From the NCBI GenBank assembly GCA_039589315.1, contig JBDHHQ010000008.1:15109-79108 (forward strand): a stretch of 64,000 nt of DNA, written 5' to 3'. Shown here one piece after another: positions 29,665 to 38,866 of the stretch. The translations under genes were made by a program, and so were the position numbers. Below the pieces are notes generated by a model. The model was not told where the DNA came from and searched no databases. It saw nothing but the letters and a program-made list of their open reading frames with translations. Origin of the DNA: Gemmatimonadota bacterium. Its GTDB lineage: Bacteria; Gemmatimonadota; Gemmatimonadetes; Longimicrobiales; Gaopeijiaceae. Within the stretch, counting starts at the first letter, position 1; every line of letters starts with the position of its first letter.

Positions 29665-29879
29665 GCGAGGGCGGCAGAGCTCGGCGGGTGCGCCCCCACG
29701 GGTACAGCGAGAGCCTTCGGACGGAAGGGTAGTCCCAACCTCTTCTGGCCGGGGGGTGGTCGTGACCCTCGGGGCGAAATAACCTATGTTATACCGCTGT
29801 TCGGCAGTCGCCCGAACGGGCCCTGGGCCCGGCATTCCCCGCCGCCGGGCCCGACCATGAAATCGCGGGAGAGAGACGG

Positions 29880-31091
29880 ATGACCGATAGATCGCGCACG
29901 CCTGTCCTGATCGAAGGCGCCCGCACTCCCATCGGGAGATTCATGGGCGGCCTCAGCCCCCTTTCGGCTCCCGAGCTGGGTGCGATCGCCATCCGGGCGG
30001 CGGTCGAGCGCTCGGGCATCGACGGGGCCGAGATCGACGAGATCATCATGGGCAACGTCGTCACCGCGGGCGAAGGCCAGGCACCGGCTCGCCAGGCCGC
30101 GATCCAGGGCGGCGTCCCGGCGTCGGTTCCGGCGGTTACCGTGAACAAGGTGTGTGGATCGGGGCTCAAGGCGGTGATGCTGGCAGCGCAATCGATCAAG
30201 GCGGGAGACAACCAGCTCGTGGTGGCCGGCGGTTTCGAATCGATGTCCAACGTACCCTACTACGTCCGGGGTCTGCGCGGCGGGGTGAAGTTCGGAAACC
30301 AGTCCCTGGAGGACGGGCTGATCCACGATGGGCTCTGGTGCTCGTTCGGCCATTGCCACATGGGTGGCCACGCCGAGTACACGGCCGCCCGGGCCGGGGT
30401 GACCCGGGGTGACGCCGACGCCTTTTCCCTGGAGTCCCACCGGCGCGCGGTCGATGCCATGGAGAGCGGCAAGTTCAAGGACGAGATCGTGCCCGTGGCG
30501 ATAGAGACTCGGCGCGGCACCACCGTGGTGGACTCCGACGAGGGCCCCCGACGGGATACCAGCCTGGAGGCGCTCGGCAAGCTCCGGCCCGCCTTCCCGA
30601 AGGACGCGCCGTCGGAGATCGACGACCTGGTGGTGACCGCGGGGAACGCGCCCGGGCTGAACGACGGGGGAGCCGCCGTGGTCGTGGCCTCTCAGGCGTT
30701 CGCGGACGCCCATGGCCTGGAATACGAAGCCGTCATCACCGGGTACGCCTCGGGCGGCATGGAGCCCCAGGAGCTCTTCTTCGCCCCGGTCGTCGCGGTG
30801 CGCAACCTCATGGCGAAGGAGGGCAAGGTCATCGGCGACTACGGACTCGTGGAGCTGAATGAGGCATTCGCCGTTCAAGCGCTTGCCGACATGCGCGAGC
30901 TGGAGATGGACCACGAGCGCGTGAACGTGCACGGTGGCGCCGTGGCCCTCGGGCATCCCATCGGCGCCTCCGGCACACGCATCCTCGTGACGCTTCTTCA
31001 CGCCATGGAGGATCGCGACGTCGACTCCGGCCTCGCCACGCTCTGTCTGGGCGGCGGCAACGCGGTCGCCCTTTCCGTGGAGCGCCCCTAG
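29880..31091 (+). CDS. Acetyl-CoA C-acetyltransferase (thiolase II)
   Basis: It has the active-site Cys block (VNKVCGSGLKAV), NVHGGAVALGHPIGASG and the C-terminal CLGGGNAVA. Confidence 0.9.
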   Translation: MTDRSRTPVLIEGARTPIGRFMGGLSPLSAPELGAIAIRAAVERSGIDGAEIDEIIMGNVVTAGEGQAPARQAAIQGGVPASVPAVTVNKVCGSGLKAVMLAAQSIKAGDNQLVVAGGFESMSNVPYYVRGLRGGVKFGNQSLEDGLIHDGLWCSFGHCHMGGHAEYTAARAGVTRGDADAFSLESHRRAVDAMESGKFKDEIVPVAIETRRGTTVVDSDEGPRRDTSLEALGKLRPAFPKDAPSEIDDLVVTAGNAPGLNDGGAAVVVASQAFADAHGLEYEAVITGYASGGMEPQELFFAPVVAVRNLMAKEGKVIGDYGLVELNEAFAVQALADMRELEMDHERVNVHGGAVALGHPIGASGTRILVTLLHAMEDRDVDSGLATLCLGGGNAVALSVERP

Positions 31092-31140
31092 CGTCCCACG
31101 GGCGCGAACACCCGGATCTGAACCCAGGAGCACCGCCGCA

Positions 31141-31725
31141 ATGAACGAAGCCACCGGAGCGCACCGGACTTGGGCACCTACCGAGCTGGTGCCGGACCGC
31201 CGCATGAGGACAGCCCTCGGCGGCGCGGCATTCGTGATCGCCATGACAGTGAGTGCGTACGTGGCGATCCCGGTGCCGTGGAGCCCCGTACCCATGACGC
31301 TGCAGCCCATGGTGGTCCTCCTGGCCGGGGCCCTTCTGGGGCCCGTGACCGGGGCGGCTGCGATGGCGAGCTACCTCGCTGTGGGCGTCGTGGGCGCCCC
31401 CGTCTTCGCCGGTGGCCACGCCGGGCTCCCGTGGCTCGTGGGTCCCACGGGTGGCTACCTCATGGCGTTTCCCGCCGCAGCCCTGGTGGTTGGCCTCGTG
31501 GCGGGCCGGAGTCGGCGGTGGCTCCCGGTCCTGCTCGGGCTCCTCGCGGGCCTGGGCACCATCTACCTGGGCGGCATCACCCAGCTGGCGGTGGTGACGG
31601 GACAGGATCCCCGGGCGCTCCTGGCCCTCGGCGTGGTCCCGTTCCTGGGGGGAGATCTGATCAAGGTGGCTCTCGCCCTCATCATCGTCAGGCGGTTCCG
31701 CAAGGAGGGCCTCGGAGGCAGCTAG
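31141..31725 (+). CDS. bioY: Biotin transporter BioY (ECF S-component)
   Basis: A 194-aa protein with six hydrophobic segments and BioY blocks (PVPMTLQPMVVLLAGALLGP, GPTGGYLMAFP, FLGGDLIK). Confidence 0.8.
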   Translation: MNEATGAHRTWAPTELVPDRRMRTALGGAAFVIAMTVSAYVAIPVPWSPVPMTLQPMVVLLAGALLGPVTGAAAMASYLAVGVVGAPVFAGGHAGLPWLVGPTGGYLMAFPAAALVVGLVAGRSRRWLPVLLGLLAGLGTIYLGGITQLAVVTGQDPRALLALGVVPFLGGDLIKVALALIIVRRFRKEGLGGS

Positions 31726-31845
31726 CCGTCCGAGGCCTTCTTCTTGGCAGCGCGCCCCGGACGGCGCGCTGCGGTCGCTGGAGCCCGGGGATCGGTCCGG
31801 GCGCGTGACCGCGCAGAGTACGGAAAGAACAGGAGGAAGAGGGAC

Positions 31846-32697
31846 TTGCAGCGGATCGTCGTCATCGGCGGTGGAACCATGGGGAATGGCATCGCGCACG
31901 TCTGTGCCCAGCACGGCCGTGACGTGACGCTGGTGGACGTTGCGCGGAACGTGCTGGACGACGCGCTCTCGACGATCGGCCGCAATCTCGACCGGCAAGT
32001 GGGGAAGGGGATCCTGGACGACGAGGCGCGCACTGCCACGTTGGCCCGGCTCCGGGTGTCCACCTCTCTGGAGGAGGCCTCTGCCGACGCCGAGTTGGTC
32101 GTCGAGGCCGTGCCGGAGAGGGCCGAGCTCAAGGCCCGGATCTTCGGTGCCCTGGACGAAGCGGCCCCCGAGGCCGCAGTCCTGGCCAGCAACACGTCGT
32201 CCATTTCCATCACCGAGATCGCCGCCGCGACGTCCAGGCCCGAGAAGGTCATCGGGATGCACTTCATGAACCCGGTTCCCGTCATGAAGCTCGTGGAGGT
32301 GATTCGCGGGCTCGCCACCGACGAGGCCACCACCGCTGCGGTCATGGACCTGTCGCGTGAGCTGGGCAAGACGCCCGTGGAGGTGGCGGACTTTCCGGGG
32401 TTCGTGTCCAATCGGGTACTCATGCCCATGGTCAACGAGGCGGTGTTCGCCTTGATGGAGGGCGTAGCCGATGCCGAGGCCATCGACACGGTCATGAAGC
32501 TGGGGATGAACCATCCCATGGGCCCTCTTGCTCTCGCCGACCTCATCGGCTTGGACACCTGCCTCAACATCCTGGAGGTTCTCCATCGGGACCTGGGGGA
32601 CGACCGCTACCGGCCGTGTCCGCTGCTGAGGAAGTACGTGGCGGCGGGCTGGCATGGCCGCAAGAGCGGTCGTGGGTTCCATCGTTACGCCGGGTAG
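31846..32697 (+). CDS. hbd: 3-Hydroxybutyryl/3-hydroxyacyl-CoA dehydrogenase
   Basis: It has the NAD motif VVIGGGTMGNGIAHV, plus HFMNPVPVMKLVEV and MNHPMGPLALADLIGLD. A TTG start at 31846 is preceded by AGGAGGA. Confidence 0.85.
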   Translation: MQRIVVIGGGTMGNGIAHVCAQHGRDVTLVDVARNVLDDALSTIGRNLDRQVGKGILDDEARTATLARLRVSTSLEEASADAELVVEAVPERAELKARIFGALDEAAPEAAVLASNTSSISITEIAAATSRPEKVIGMHFMNPVPVMKLVEVIRGLATDEATTAAVMDLSRELGKTPVEVADFPGFVSNRVLMPMVNEAVFALMEGVADAEAIDTVMKLGMNHPMGPLALADLIGLDTCLNILEVLHRDLGDDRYRPCPLLRKYVAAGWHGRKSGRGFHRYAG

Positions 32698-32710
32698 AGG
32701 ACGAGTCCAC

Positions 32711-33898
32711 GTGGTGCTGACACCCGAACAGATCGAGATCCGGGACCTGGCGCGAGACTTCGCCGCCGGTGAGATCCGGACCCGCGCGGGTCATTGGGAC
32801 GAACACCGGCGTCTCGACGAGGACATCTTCGCCAAGCTCGGAGAGCTGGGCTTCCTCGGCATGCTGGTGCCCGAGGAGCATGGGGGCCTGGAGTTGGACC
32901 TGACCACCTACCTCCTGGTCCTCGAGCAGCTGGCCTGGGGGGACGCCAGCGTGGCGCTGTCCGTGGGGATCCAGAACGGTCCGCTGGTGGGGCTGATCCT
33001 CGCGCACGGCACGGACGAACAGAAGGAGCGCTGGCTCCCGGAGCTGGCGAGCGGGAGTCTCCTGGGTGCCTTCGCGCTTTCGGAGCGAGCCGCCGGCAGT
33101 GATGCCGCGGCCCTCGCCGCGAGGGCCTTTCCCGCGGGCGACGGGTGGCGCTTGGAGGGCCGCAAGAAGTGGGTGACCAACGGCGACCGCGCCGGCGTCA
33201 TCCTGGTGTTCGCCCGCCTGGAGGGCACCGATCACGACCCGGCCCCCATGGGTGCGTTCCTGGTGGACCGGAGCGCTCACGGCTACGAGGTCGGCCGGCG
33301 GGAGAAGACCATGGGACTCCGGGCATCCCAGACCGTAGAGGTGGTGCTGGATTCCGTGGCGGTGGACGGCGAGCGCCTGATCTCCCTGCCCGACGACGGG
33401 TTCGTCTCGGTGCTGCGTGCGCTGGATCTGGCCCGTCTGGGGGACGCCGCCATCTCGGTGGGTATCGGCCAGTCGGCGTTCGAGCACGCCACGGCGTATG
33501 CGCTGGAGCGCCACCAGTTCGGGACGGCCATTGCCGACTTCGGGGCGATACAGGCCAAGCTCGCCGACATGGCGACGAGAATCGCCGGGGCCCGGGCCCT
33601 CACTCTCGACGTGGCCAGCCGCTTCTCAGCGGCCCGGCAGGCGGGGAATGTGCGCGGCCCCACCGGTTCTTCGAGTCTGCGGGCCTCGGCGGCCATGGCG
33701 AAGCTGAACGCCAGCCAGGCTGCCCTCTGGGTCGCTGACGAGGCGGTGCAGATCTTCGGAGGGTACGGCTACATGCGGGACTACCCGGTGGAGAAGCTCC
33801 TCCGGGACGCGAAGGGCACGGAAATCCTCGAGGGCACCAGCGAGATCATGCGCGTGGCCATTGCCCGTGAGGTCATCAAAGAAGCCAAGGAGGCGTAG
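32711..33898 (+). CDS. Acyl-CoA dehydrogenase (short/branched-chain type)
   Basis: It has ACAD blocks (GAFALSERAAGSDAAAL, KKWVTNG, QIFGGYGYMRDYPVEKLLRDAKGTEILEGTSEI). Confidence 0.9.
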   Translation: MVLTPEQIEIRDLARDFAAGEIRTRAGHWDEHRRLDEDIFAKLGELGFLGMLVPEEHGGLELDLTTYLLVLEQLAWGDASVALSVGIQNGPLVGLILAHGTDEQKERWLPELASGSLLGAFALSERAAGSDAAALAARAFPAGDGWRLEGRKKWVTNGDRAGVILVFARLEGTDHDPAPMGAFLVDRSAHGYEVGRREKTMGLRASQTVEVVLDSVAVDGERLISLPDDGFVSVLRALDLARLGDAAISVGIGQSAFEHATAYALERHQFGTAIADFGAIQAKLADMATRIAGARALTLDVASRFSAARQAGNVRGPTGSSSLRASAAMAKLNASQAALWVADEAVQIFGGYGYMRDYPVEKLLRDAKGTEILEGTSEIMRVAIAREVIKEAKEA

Positions 33899-33996
33899 TG
33901 GCGACAGGTCAACGAACCGCGGTCGAATGGTCCGAAACGGGAACCGAGCGGCCATCGCCCCCGAAGACGACCCCAAGCACGACGGAGCCGGAGCGC

Positions 33997-35052
33997 ATGG
34001 AGATCTTCGAGATGATGGCGGTCCGCGAGCACGAGCAGCTCCTGTTCTGGAGCGAGCCGTCCATCGGGTATCGGGGCATCATCGCGATTCATGACACGAC
34101 TTTGGGCCCTGCGCTGGGGGGCACCCGCTTCTGGTCCTACGCCGGCGATCAAGAAGCGCTGGTGGACGTTCTCCGGCTCTCCCGCGGCATGACCTACAAG
34201 GCGGCCATCACCGGGCTCAACCTCGGCGGTGGCAAGTCGGTCATCATCGGCGACAACCGCACCCTGGATCGGGAGATGATCTTCCGGGCCCACGGTCGGG
34301 CGGTGGATTCGCTCAAGGGTCGCTACATCACGGCGGAGGACGTGGGTACGTCGGTCGACGACATGGAGTTCATCCGCATGGAGACGGACTCGGTCGTCGG
34401 CGTCTACGGCGGATCGGGCGATCCGTCCCCGGTCACCGCCTACGGCGTCTATCGCGGCATCAAGGCGTGCGCCATGTTCCGGTACGGAGAGGACAGCCTG
34501 GACGGCAAGCACGTGGCGGTTCAGGGCGTCGGGCACGTCGGATACTTCCTGTGCGAGTATCTCGCGCAGGAGGGCGCCAGGCTCACCGTGACGGACATCG
34601 ACGACGAGCGTGTCGCCCGCGTGGTCGAGGAGTTCGGCGCGTCTGCCGTTCAGTTGGACGACATCTATGCGGTGGACGCCGACGTGTTCGCACCATGTGC
34701 CCTCGGAGCCGTCATCAATGACGACACCCTCCCGGTGTTGAAAGTCGACATCGTGGCCGGGGCGGCCAACAATCAGTTGGCCCGGGAGAACCATGGCCGG
34801 GAGGCCGAGCGCCACGGGATCCTCTACGCACCGGACTACGTGATCAATGCGGGCGGGCTCTGCAACGTGTACGCCGAGCTCCACGACTGGAAGCCCGAGC
34901 GCAGCCGTCGCAAGGCGGGGGAGATCTACGGGACGCTGCTCCGCATCTTCGAGCGCGCGAAGGAAGAGGGGATCCCGACGAGCGAGGCCGCGGACCGCCT
35001 CGCGGAGCAGAGGATCGAGCAGGCGCGCCAGCTACAGCGCACATGGCTCTGA
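33997..35052 (+). CDS. Leucine (Leu/Val/Phe) dehydrogenase family
   Basis: It has a Glu/Leu/Phe/Val-DH signature with the catalytic Lys (GLNLGGGKSVIIGD), GPALGGTRFWSY and the NAD motif VQGVGHVG. Confidence 0.85.
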   Translation: MEIFEMMAVREHEQLLFWSEPSIGYRGIIAIHDTTLGPALGGTRFWSYAGDQEALVDVLRLSRGMTYKAAITGLNLGGGKSVIIGDNRTLDREMIFRAHGRAVDSLKGRYITAEDVGTSVDDMEFIRMETDSVVGVYGGSGDPSPVTAYGVYRGIKACAMFRYGEDSLDGKHVAVQGVGHVGYFLCEYLAQEGARLTVTDIDDERVARVVEEFGASAVQLDDIYAVDADVFAPCALGAVINDDTLPVLKVDIVAGAANNQLARENHGREAERHGILYAPDYVINAGGLCNVYAELHDWKPERSRRKAGEIYGTLLRIFERAKEEGIPTSEAADRLAEQRIEQARQLQRTWL

Positions 35053-35136
35053 GACCCGGTAGCGGGCGGACCGCCGCGACACGGTGACGGGACACCAGGA
35101 AACGGCAAGACGAGGACTCGAACCCGGCAGGGGCGG

Positions 35137-36393
35137 ATGGAGCACCTGAAAAACGTGGATCCGGAGATCTTCGAGACGATTCGTAGGGAAGCTGAGCGTC
35201 AGGGCTCGCAGCTCGAACTCATCGCCAGCGAGAACTTCGTGTCGCGGGCCGTCCTCGAGGCCACGGGCACGGTCCTGACGAACAAGTACGCCGAGGGACT
35301 GCCCGGAAAGCGGTACTACGGCGGGTGCGAGTTCGTGGACGTGGCTGAGGACCTCGCCCGGGATCGGGCGACGCAACTGTTCGGCGCCGATCACGCGAAC
35401 GTCCAGCCACACTCCGGCGCCCAGGCCAACATGGCGGCTTTTCTAGCCTTCCTGAAGCCCGGCGACCTGATTCTCGGGATGGACTTGAACCACGGGGGGC
35501 ATCTCACACACGGCTCACCCGTGAATTTCAGCGGCCAGCTCTTCGAGGTGGCGGCCTACGGGGTCGACGAGGCGACGGGCCGCATCGACTACGATCGGCT
35601 CCACGCCCAGGCCCGGGAGGTCCGTCCGGCGATGATCATCGCGGGGGCGAGCGCCTACCCACGGATCATCGACTTCGCCGCCTTCGGCCAGGTCGCTCAG
35701 GACGTCGGTGCCCTCCTGCTCGTCGATATGGCCCACATCGCCGGGCTGGTAGCGGCGGAGGTCCACCCCAGCCCCGTTCCCCACGCGGACGTCGTGACGA
35801 CCACCACGCACAAGACGCTGCGGGGGCCGCGCGGCGGCATGATCCTCTGCCGGGCCGAACACGCCCGAGCCATTGACAAAGCGGTGTTCCCGGGTACCCA
35901 GGGCGGTCCCCTGATGCACGCCATCGCCGCTAAGGCAGTCGCGCTCAAAGAGGCGGCTCAGCCCGACTTCACGACGTATTCCCGCCAGGTCGTGGCCAAC
36001 GCCGTGGCCATGGCCGACGGGCTCCTGGAGCGGGGCTTCGACCTCGTCAGCGGCGGCACCGACAGCCACCTGATTCTCGTGGACCTGCGTAATCGCCGCG
36101 AGCTCACCGGGAAGGACGCCGAGCTCGCATTGGAGGAGGCCGGGATCACCGTGAACAAGAACACGGTGCCGGGAGAAACCCGGTCACCGTTCGTTACGTC
36201 CGGTCTCCGCATCGGCACCGCGGCCCTGACCAGTCGCGGGATGGGAGAGACCGAGATGGCCGGCATCGCCGATTGGATCGCCGACGTCCTGGAGGACCCC
36301 GAAGACGAGGGCATCCGCAGCCGTGTCCGAGGCGAGGTCGTGGAGCTGTGCGACGCCTTCCCCCTTTACAGGGAGTTGGCGAGCCTGGCATAG
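35137..36393 (+). CDS. glyA: Serine hydroxymethyltransferase
   Basis: It has the PLP-Lys block [14 protein letters not shown] and is a full-length 418 aa. Confidence 0.95.
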   Translation: MEHLKNVDPEIFETIRREAERQGSQLELIASENFVSRAVLEATGTVLTNKYAEGLPGKRYYGGCEFVDVAEDLARDRATQLFGADHANVQPHSGAQANMAAFLAFLKPGDLILGMDLNHGGHLTHGSPVNFSGQLFEVAAYGVDEATGRIDYDRLHAQAREVRPAMIIAGASAYPRIIDFAAFGQVAQDVGALLLVDMAHIAGLVAAEVHPSPVPHADVVTTTTHKTLRGPRGGMILCRAEHARAIDKAVFPGTQGGPLMHAIAAKAVALKEAAQPDFTTYSRQVVANAVAMADGLLERGFDLVSGGTDSHLILVDLRNRRELTGKDAELALEEAGITVNKNTVPGETRSPFVTSGLRIGTAALTSRGMGETEMAGIADWIADVLEDPEDEGIRSRVRGEVVELCDAFPLYRELASLA

Positions 36394-36396
36394 TTC

Positions 36397-36421
36397 CCCC
36401 GGCGCCGAGCGGGCGTCGGGG
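36397..36421 (+). terminator. GC-rich hairpin immediately after glyA (10-bp stem with one G-U, 5-nt loop), no U-tract
   Basis: The sequence is CCCCGGCGCC-GAGCG-GGCGTCGGGG, read directly. The missing T-tract makes intrinsic termination uncertain. Confidence 0.3.
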
Positions 36422-36480
36422 ACCGTATCCGGGCGAGGGCCAGGTTTGCGCCCCGCACCCGAGATCGTAAGATTCCTGAT

Positions 36481-36861
36481 ATGACTGACTTGCAGTTCGC
36501 AGAGAGCATCCTGGATCAGCTCCGGGAGAGGAACCCGCGCTTCCACGGGAAAGCGTACTTGTTCCTCCTGTCTGCCCTTCACTCGGTCATGAAGGATCTG
36601 GACGAGCCCCGCCACATCTCGGGCCAGGAGCTCGCCGAGGGCGTCCGTGAGCTTGCCCTCGAACAGTACGGCCCCATCGCACGGACCGTGCTCGAGCACT
36701 GGGGCATCCACACGACTCGGGACCTCGGGGAGATCGTGTTCACGCTGGTGGACGCTGGTGTGCTCATCAAGCAAAGTGGCGACTCGAGGGCCGACTTCGA
36801 GGACATCTTCGACTTCGAGGACGTCTTCGAGCGCGACTACCCATGGGGTGCCGCGAGCTAG
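36481..36861 (+). CDS. Conserved hypothetical protein resembling the Minf_1886 family
   Basis: A 126-aa protein. The block RHISGQELAEGVRELALEQYGPIARTVLEHWGIHTTRDLGEIVFTLVDAGVL matches my recollection of this family. Confidence 0.5.
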   Translation: MTDLQFAESILDQLRERNPRFHGKAYLFLLSALHSVMKDLDEPRHISGQELAEGVRELALEQYGPIARTVLEHWGIHTTRDLGEIVFTLVDAGVLIKQSGDSRADFEDIFDFEDVFERDYPWGAAS

Positions 36862-36924
36862 GGGCCAGGAGGGCCGCCAGCCTGCGCACGCCGCAGCTTT
36901 CCACGCAGACGGGAGGGGTTGAAC

Positions 36925-37122
36925 ATGGAGGACGGTCGTGGATTCCCTAGTTGTCTGAAGTGCGAGACCGGTCTTCTGCTGCCGCTTTCCGACTACGGCA
37001 GGGACGGAGCACCGATCCGGTACAAGGCATGGGTGTGCTCGAACCCGGATTGCGGGTTCAACATCCGCATCGACAACGGGGAGATCACGCTGGGCCGAAA
37101 TATCGGTCAGAGCTACAAGTAG
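36925..37122 (+). CDS. Small zinc-ribbon protein (CxxC...CxxxxC), hypothetical
   Basis: A 65-67 aa ORF with CLKC and CSNPDC pairs. It fills the gap between two + strand genes. The start may be TTG 36919 or ATG 36925. Confidence 0.45.
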   Translation: MEDGRGFPSCLKCETGLLLPLSDYGRDGAPIRYKAWVCSNPDCGFNIRIDNGEITLGRNIGQSYK

Positions 37123-37184
37123 GTCCCACCGGAGGGTCTGCCGGCAGCGCTTCCCTGTACAAGGGACTGGAGGGGGGGTGACCC

Positions 37185-38774
37185 GTGGCAGACCCGAGCT
37201 CTACAGAACTCCCCGCCCGACCCTTCGGTCGGACCCACATCGGAGCCCCGACCGGGTCGGAGGCAGCGGCGTTCGACCGCGAAGCCATCGACCGGGTCGG
37301 GGTTCCGCAGTACACCCTGATGGAGAACGCGGGCCGATCCGCGGCCCAGATCGTCCAGCGGCTCCACCCCGATGGCCGGGTGGTGGGCGTGGTGGGCGCC
37401 GGTAACAACGGCGGCGACGCCCTGGTTCTCCTTCGGACGCTCTCGGCCTGGGGAAGGACCGTGCGCGCCCTGATCGTTGCAGATCGAGTGGACGAGGGAC
37501 TCCGGCACGGGTGGGACCTGCCCACGGTCCTGGACACCGATCTGGCAGGCGATGAGGCCTACGACGCGATCCTGGCCGGCGCGGGGGTCGTGGTGGACGG
37601 GATCCTCGGCACCGGCATTCGCGGGGCCCCCCGCGAGCGGCAAGCCCGTGCCATAGAGGCCGTGAACCGCAGCGAGGCACCGGTGTTCGCGCTCGACATT
37701 CCATCGGGGGTCGACGCCGCCACCGGTGCCGCGGCCGGAGCCTCGATTCGCGCACAGGAGACGGTGGCATTCGGCTGGCCGAAGCTGGGGTCCCTCGTGC
37801 CTCCGGGCCGGAGCCAGGCCGGCCGGCTGATCGCGGTGGAGATCGGGTTCCCGCCGGCCGGCCCGCCCTTCGGCGCGGCGGTCATCACGCCCGGCTGGGC
37901 GCACGCACGCCGCCCTCGGCGTGAGAGCGAGACTCACAAGTACGCGGTGGGCACACTGCTGCTGGTCGCCGGCCGGGCGGGAATGGGAGGCGCGGCGGTG
38001 ATGGCCGCTCGCGCCGCGCAACGGTCGGGTATCGGGCTGCTGCGTGTGGCTTCCGCCGCCGAGAATCGAGAGATCCTCCAGACCACGGCTCCCGAGGCCA
38101 TCTTCGTGGACCTCGCCGACCCGGCGGCAGTTCACGCCGCCCTCGAGAGATCCGCCACCGTCGCCGCCGGCCCCGGGTTGGGAACCGACGAGGAGGCGGG
38201 TAAGACCCTGTCGTTCGTGCTGGCCGAGTCCGGCGGCAAACCGACCGCCCTCGACGCTGACGCGCTGACCCTGGCCGCGGCGGGACGGACACCCCGGCTC
38301 GAGGATCTTGCGCGGGATCGGCCGCTGGTCCTCACGCCCCATGCCGGCGAGTTCGAGCGCATCACCTCGCACGGCCGCGACGCCATCGCGGCGGACCGCG
38401 TGGGGGTGGCGCGGGCAGCGGCGGCCACGCTCGGGGCCACGGTGCTCCTCAAGGGGCTCCCTTCGGTGGTTGCCGCACCCGCCGGCCAGGTCCGTGTCGA
38501 CGTCATGGGCACGTCGGACCTGGCCACCGGGGGCATGGGAGACGTGCTGACAGGCGTGGTGGGGAGCTTCCTGGCTCAGGGCGCTCCGCCGGCCGAGGCC
38601 GCCGCCCTGGGCCTCTACTACAGCGGCCGGGCCGCCGTTCTGGCCGGACGCGGACCGGGTCTGATCCCGGACGACGTTGTGGACCGGCTCTCCCAAGCCC
38701 TGCTGGAAGAAGGCGACGGCGTCACCGACCTGGATCTGCCCTTCGTCGTGTTCGACCAGGACCCGCCGCGGTAG
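37185..38774 (+). CDS. nnr: Bifunctional NAD(P)H-hydrate repair enzyme Nnr (epimerase/ADP-dependent dehydratase)
   Basis: It has a YjeF_N motif (GAGNNGGDALV) and C-terminal carbohydrate-kinase motifs (GPGLG, GGMGDVLTG). Confidence 0.9.
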   Translation: MADPSSTELPARPFGRTHIGAPTGSEAAAFDREAIDRVGVPQYTLMENAGRSAAQIVQRLHPDGRVVGVVGAGNNGGDALVLLRTLSAWGRTVRALIVADRVDEGLRHGWDLPTVLDTDLAGDEAYDAILAGAGVVVDGILGTGIRGAPRERQARAIEAVNRSEAPVFALDIPSGVDAATGAAAGASIRAQETVAFGWPKLGSLVPPGRSQAGRLIAVEIGFPPAGPPFGAAVITPGWAHARRPRRESETHKYAVGTLLLVAGRAGMGGAAVMAARAAQRSGIGLLRVASAAENREILQTTAPEAIFVDLADPAAVHAALERSATVAAGPGLGTDEEAGKTLSFVLAESGGKPTALDADALTLAAAGRTPRLEDLARDRPLVLTPHAGEFERITSHGRDAIAADRVGVARAAAATLGATVLLKGLPSVVAAPAGQVRVDVMGTSDLATGGMGDVLTGVVGSFLAQGAPPAEAAALGLYYSGRAAVLAGRGPGLIPDDVVDRLSQALLEEGDGVTDLDLPFVVFDQDPPR

Positions 38775-38866
38775 CGGGCCCGTCTGTGTCCTGCCGATGT
38801 CGGGTCCTGACGCCCTCGATACGGAGGCGAAGCGGTCGGGCGCGGGGCGACCGTCCACGGTGTGTG

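Noticed and set aside
31141-31725. bioY embedded between the thiolase and hbd genes, considered as a possible functional link.
   Set aside because: No bioMN, birA or biotin-dependent carboxylase is adjacent. Given the compaction of unrelated genes throughout this block, the placement is probably incidental.
35053-35136. Possible ZTP/THF-type riboswitch in the 84-nt leader of glyA.
   Set aside because: I could not find the conserved ZTP cores (GGGTCGTGACTGGCG / CCGCCTGGGC) or a convincing pseudoknot. The leader is also too short for a confident call without a covariance-model scan.
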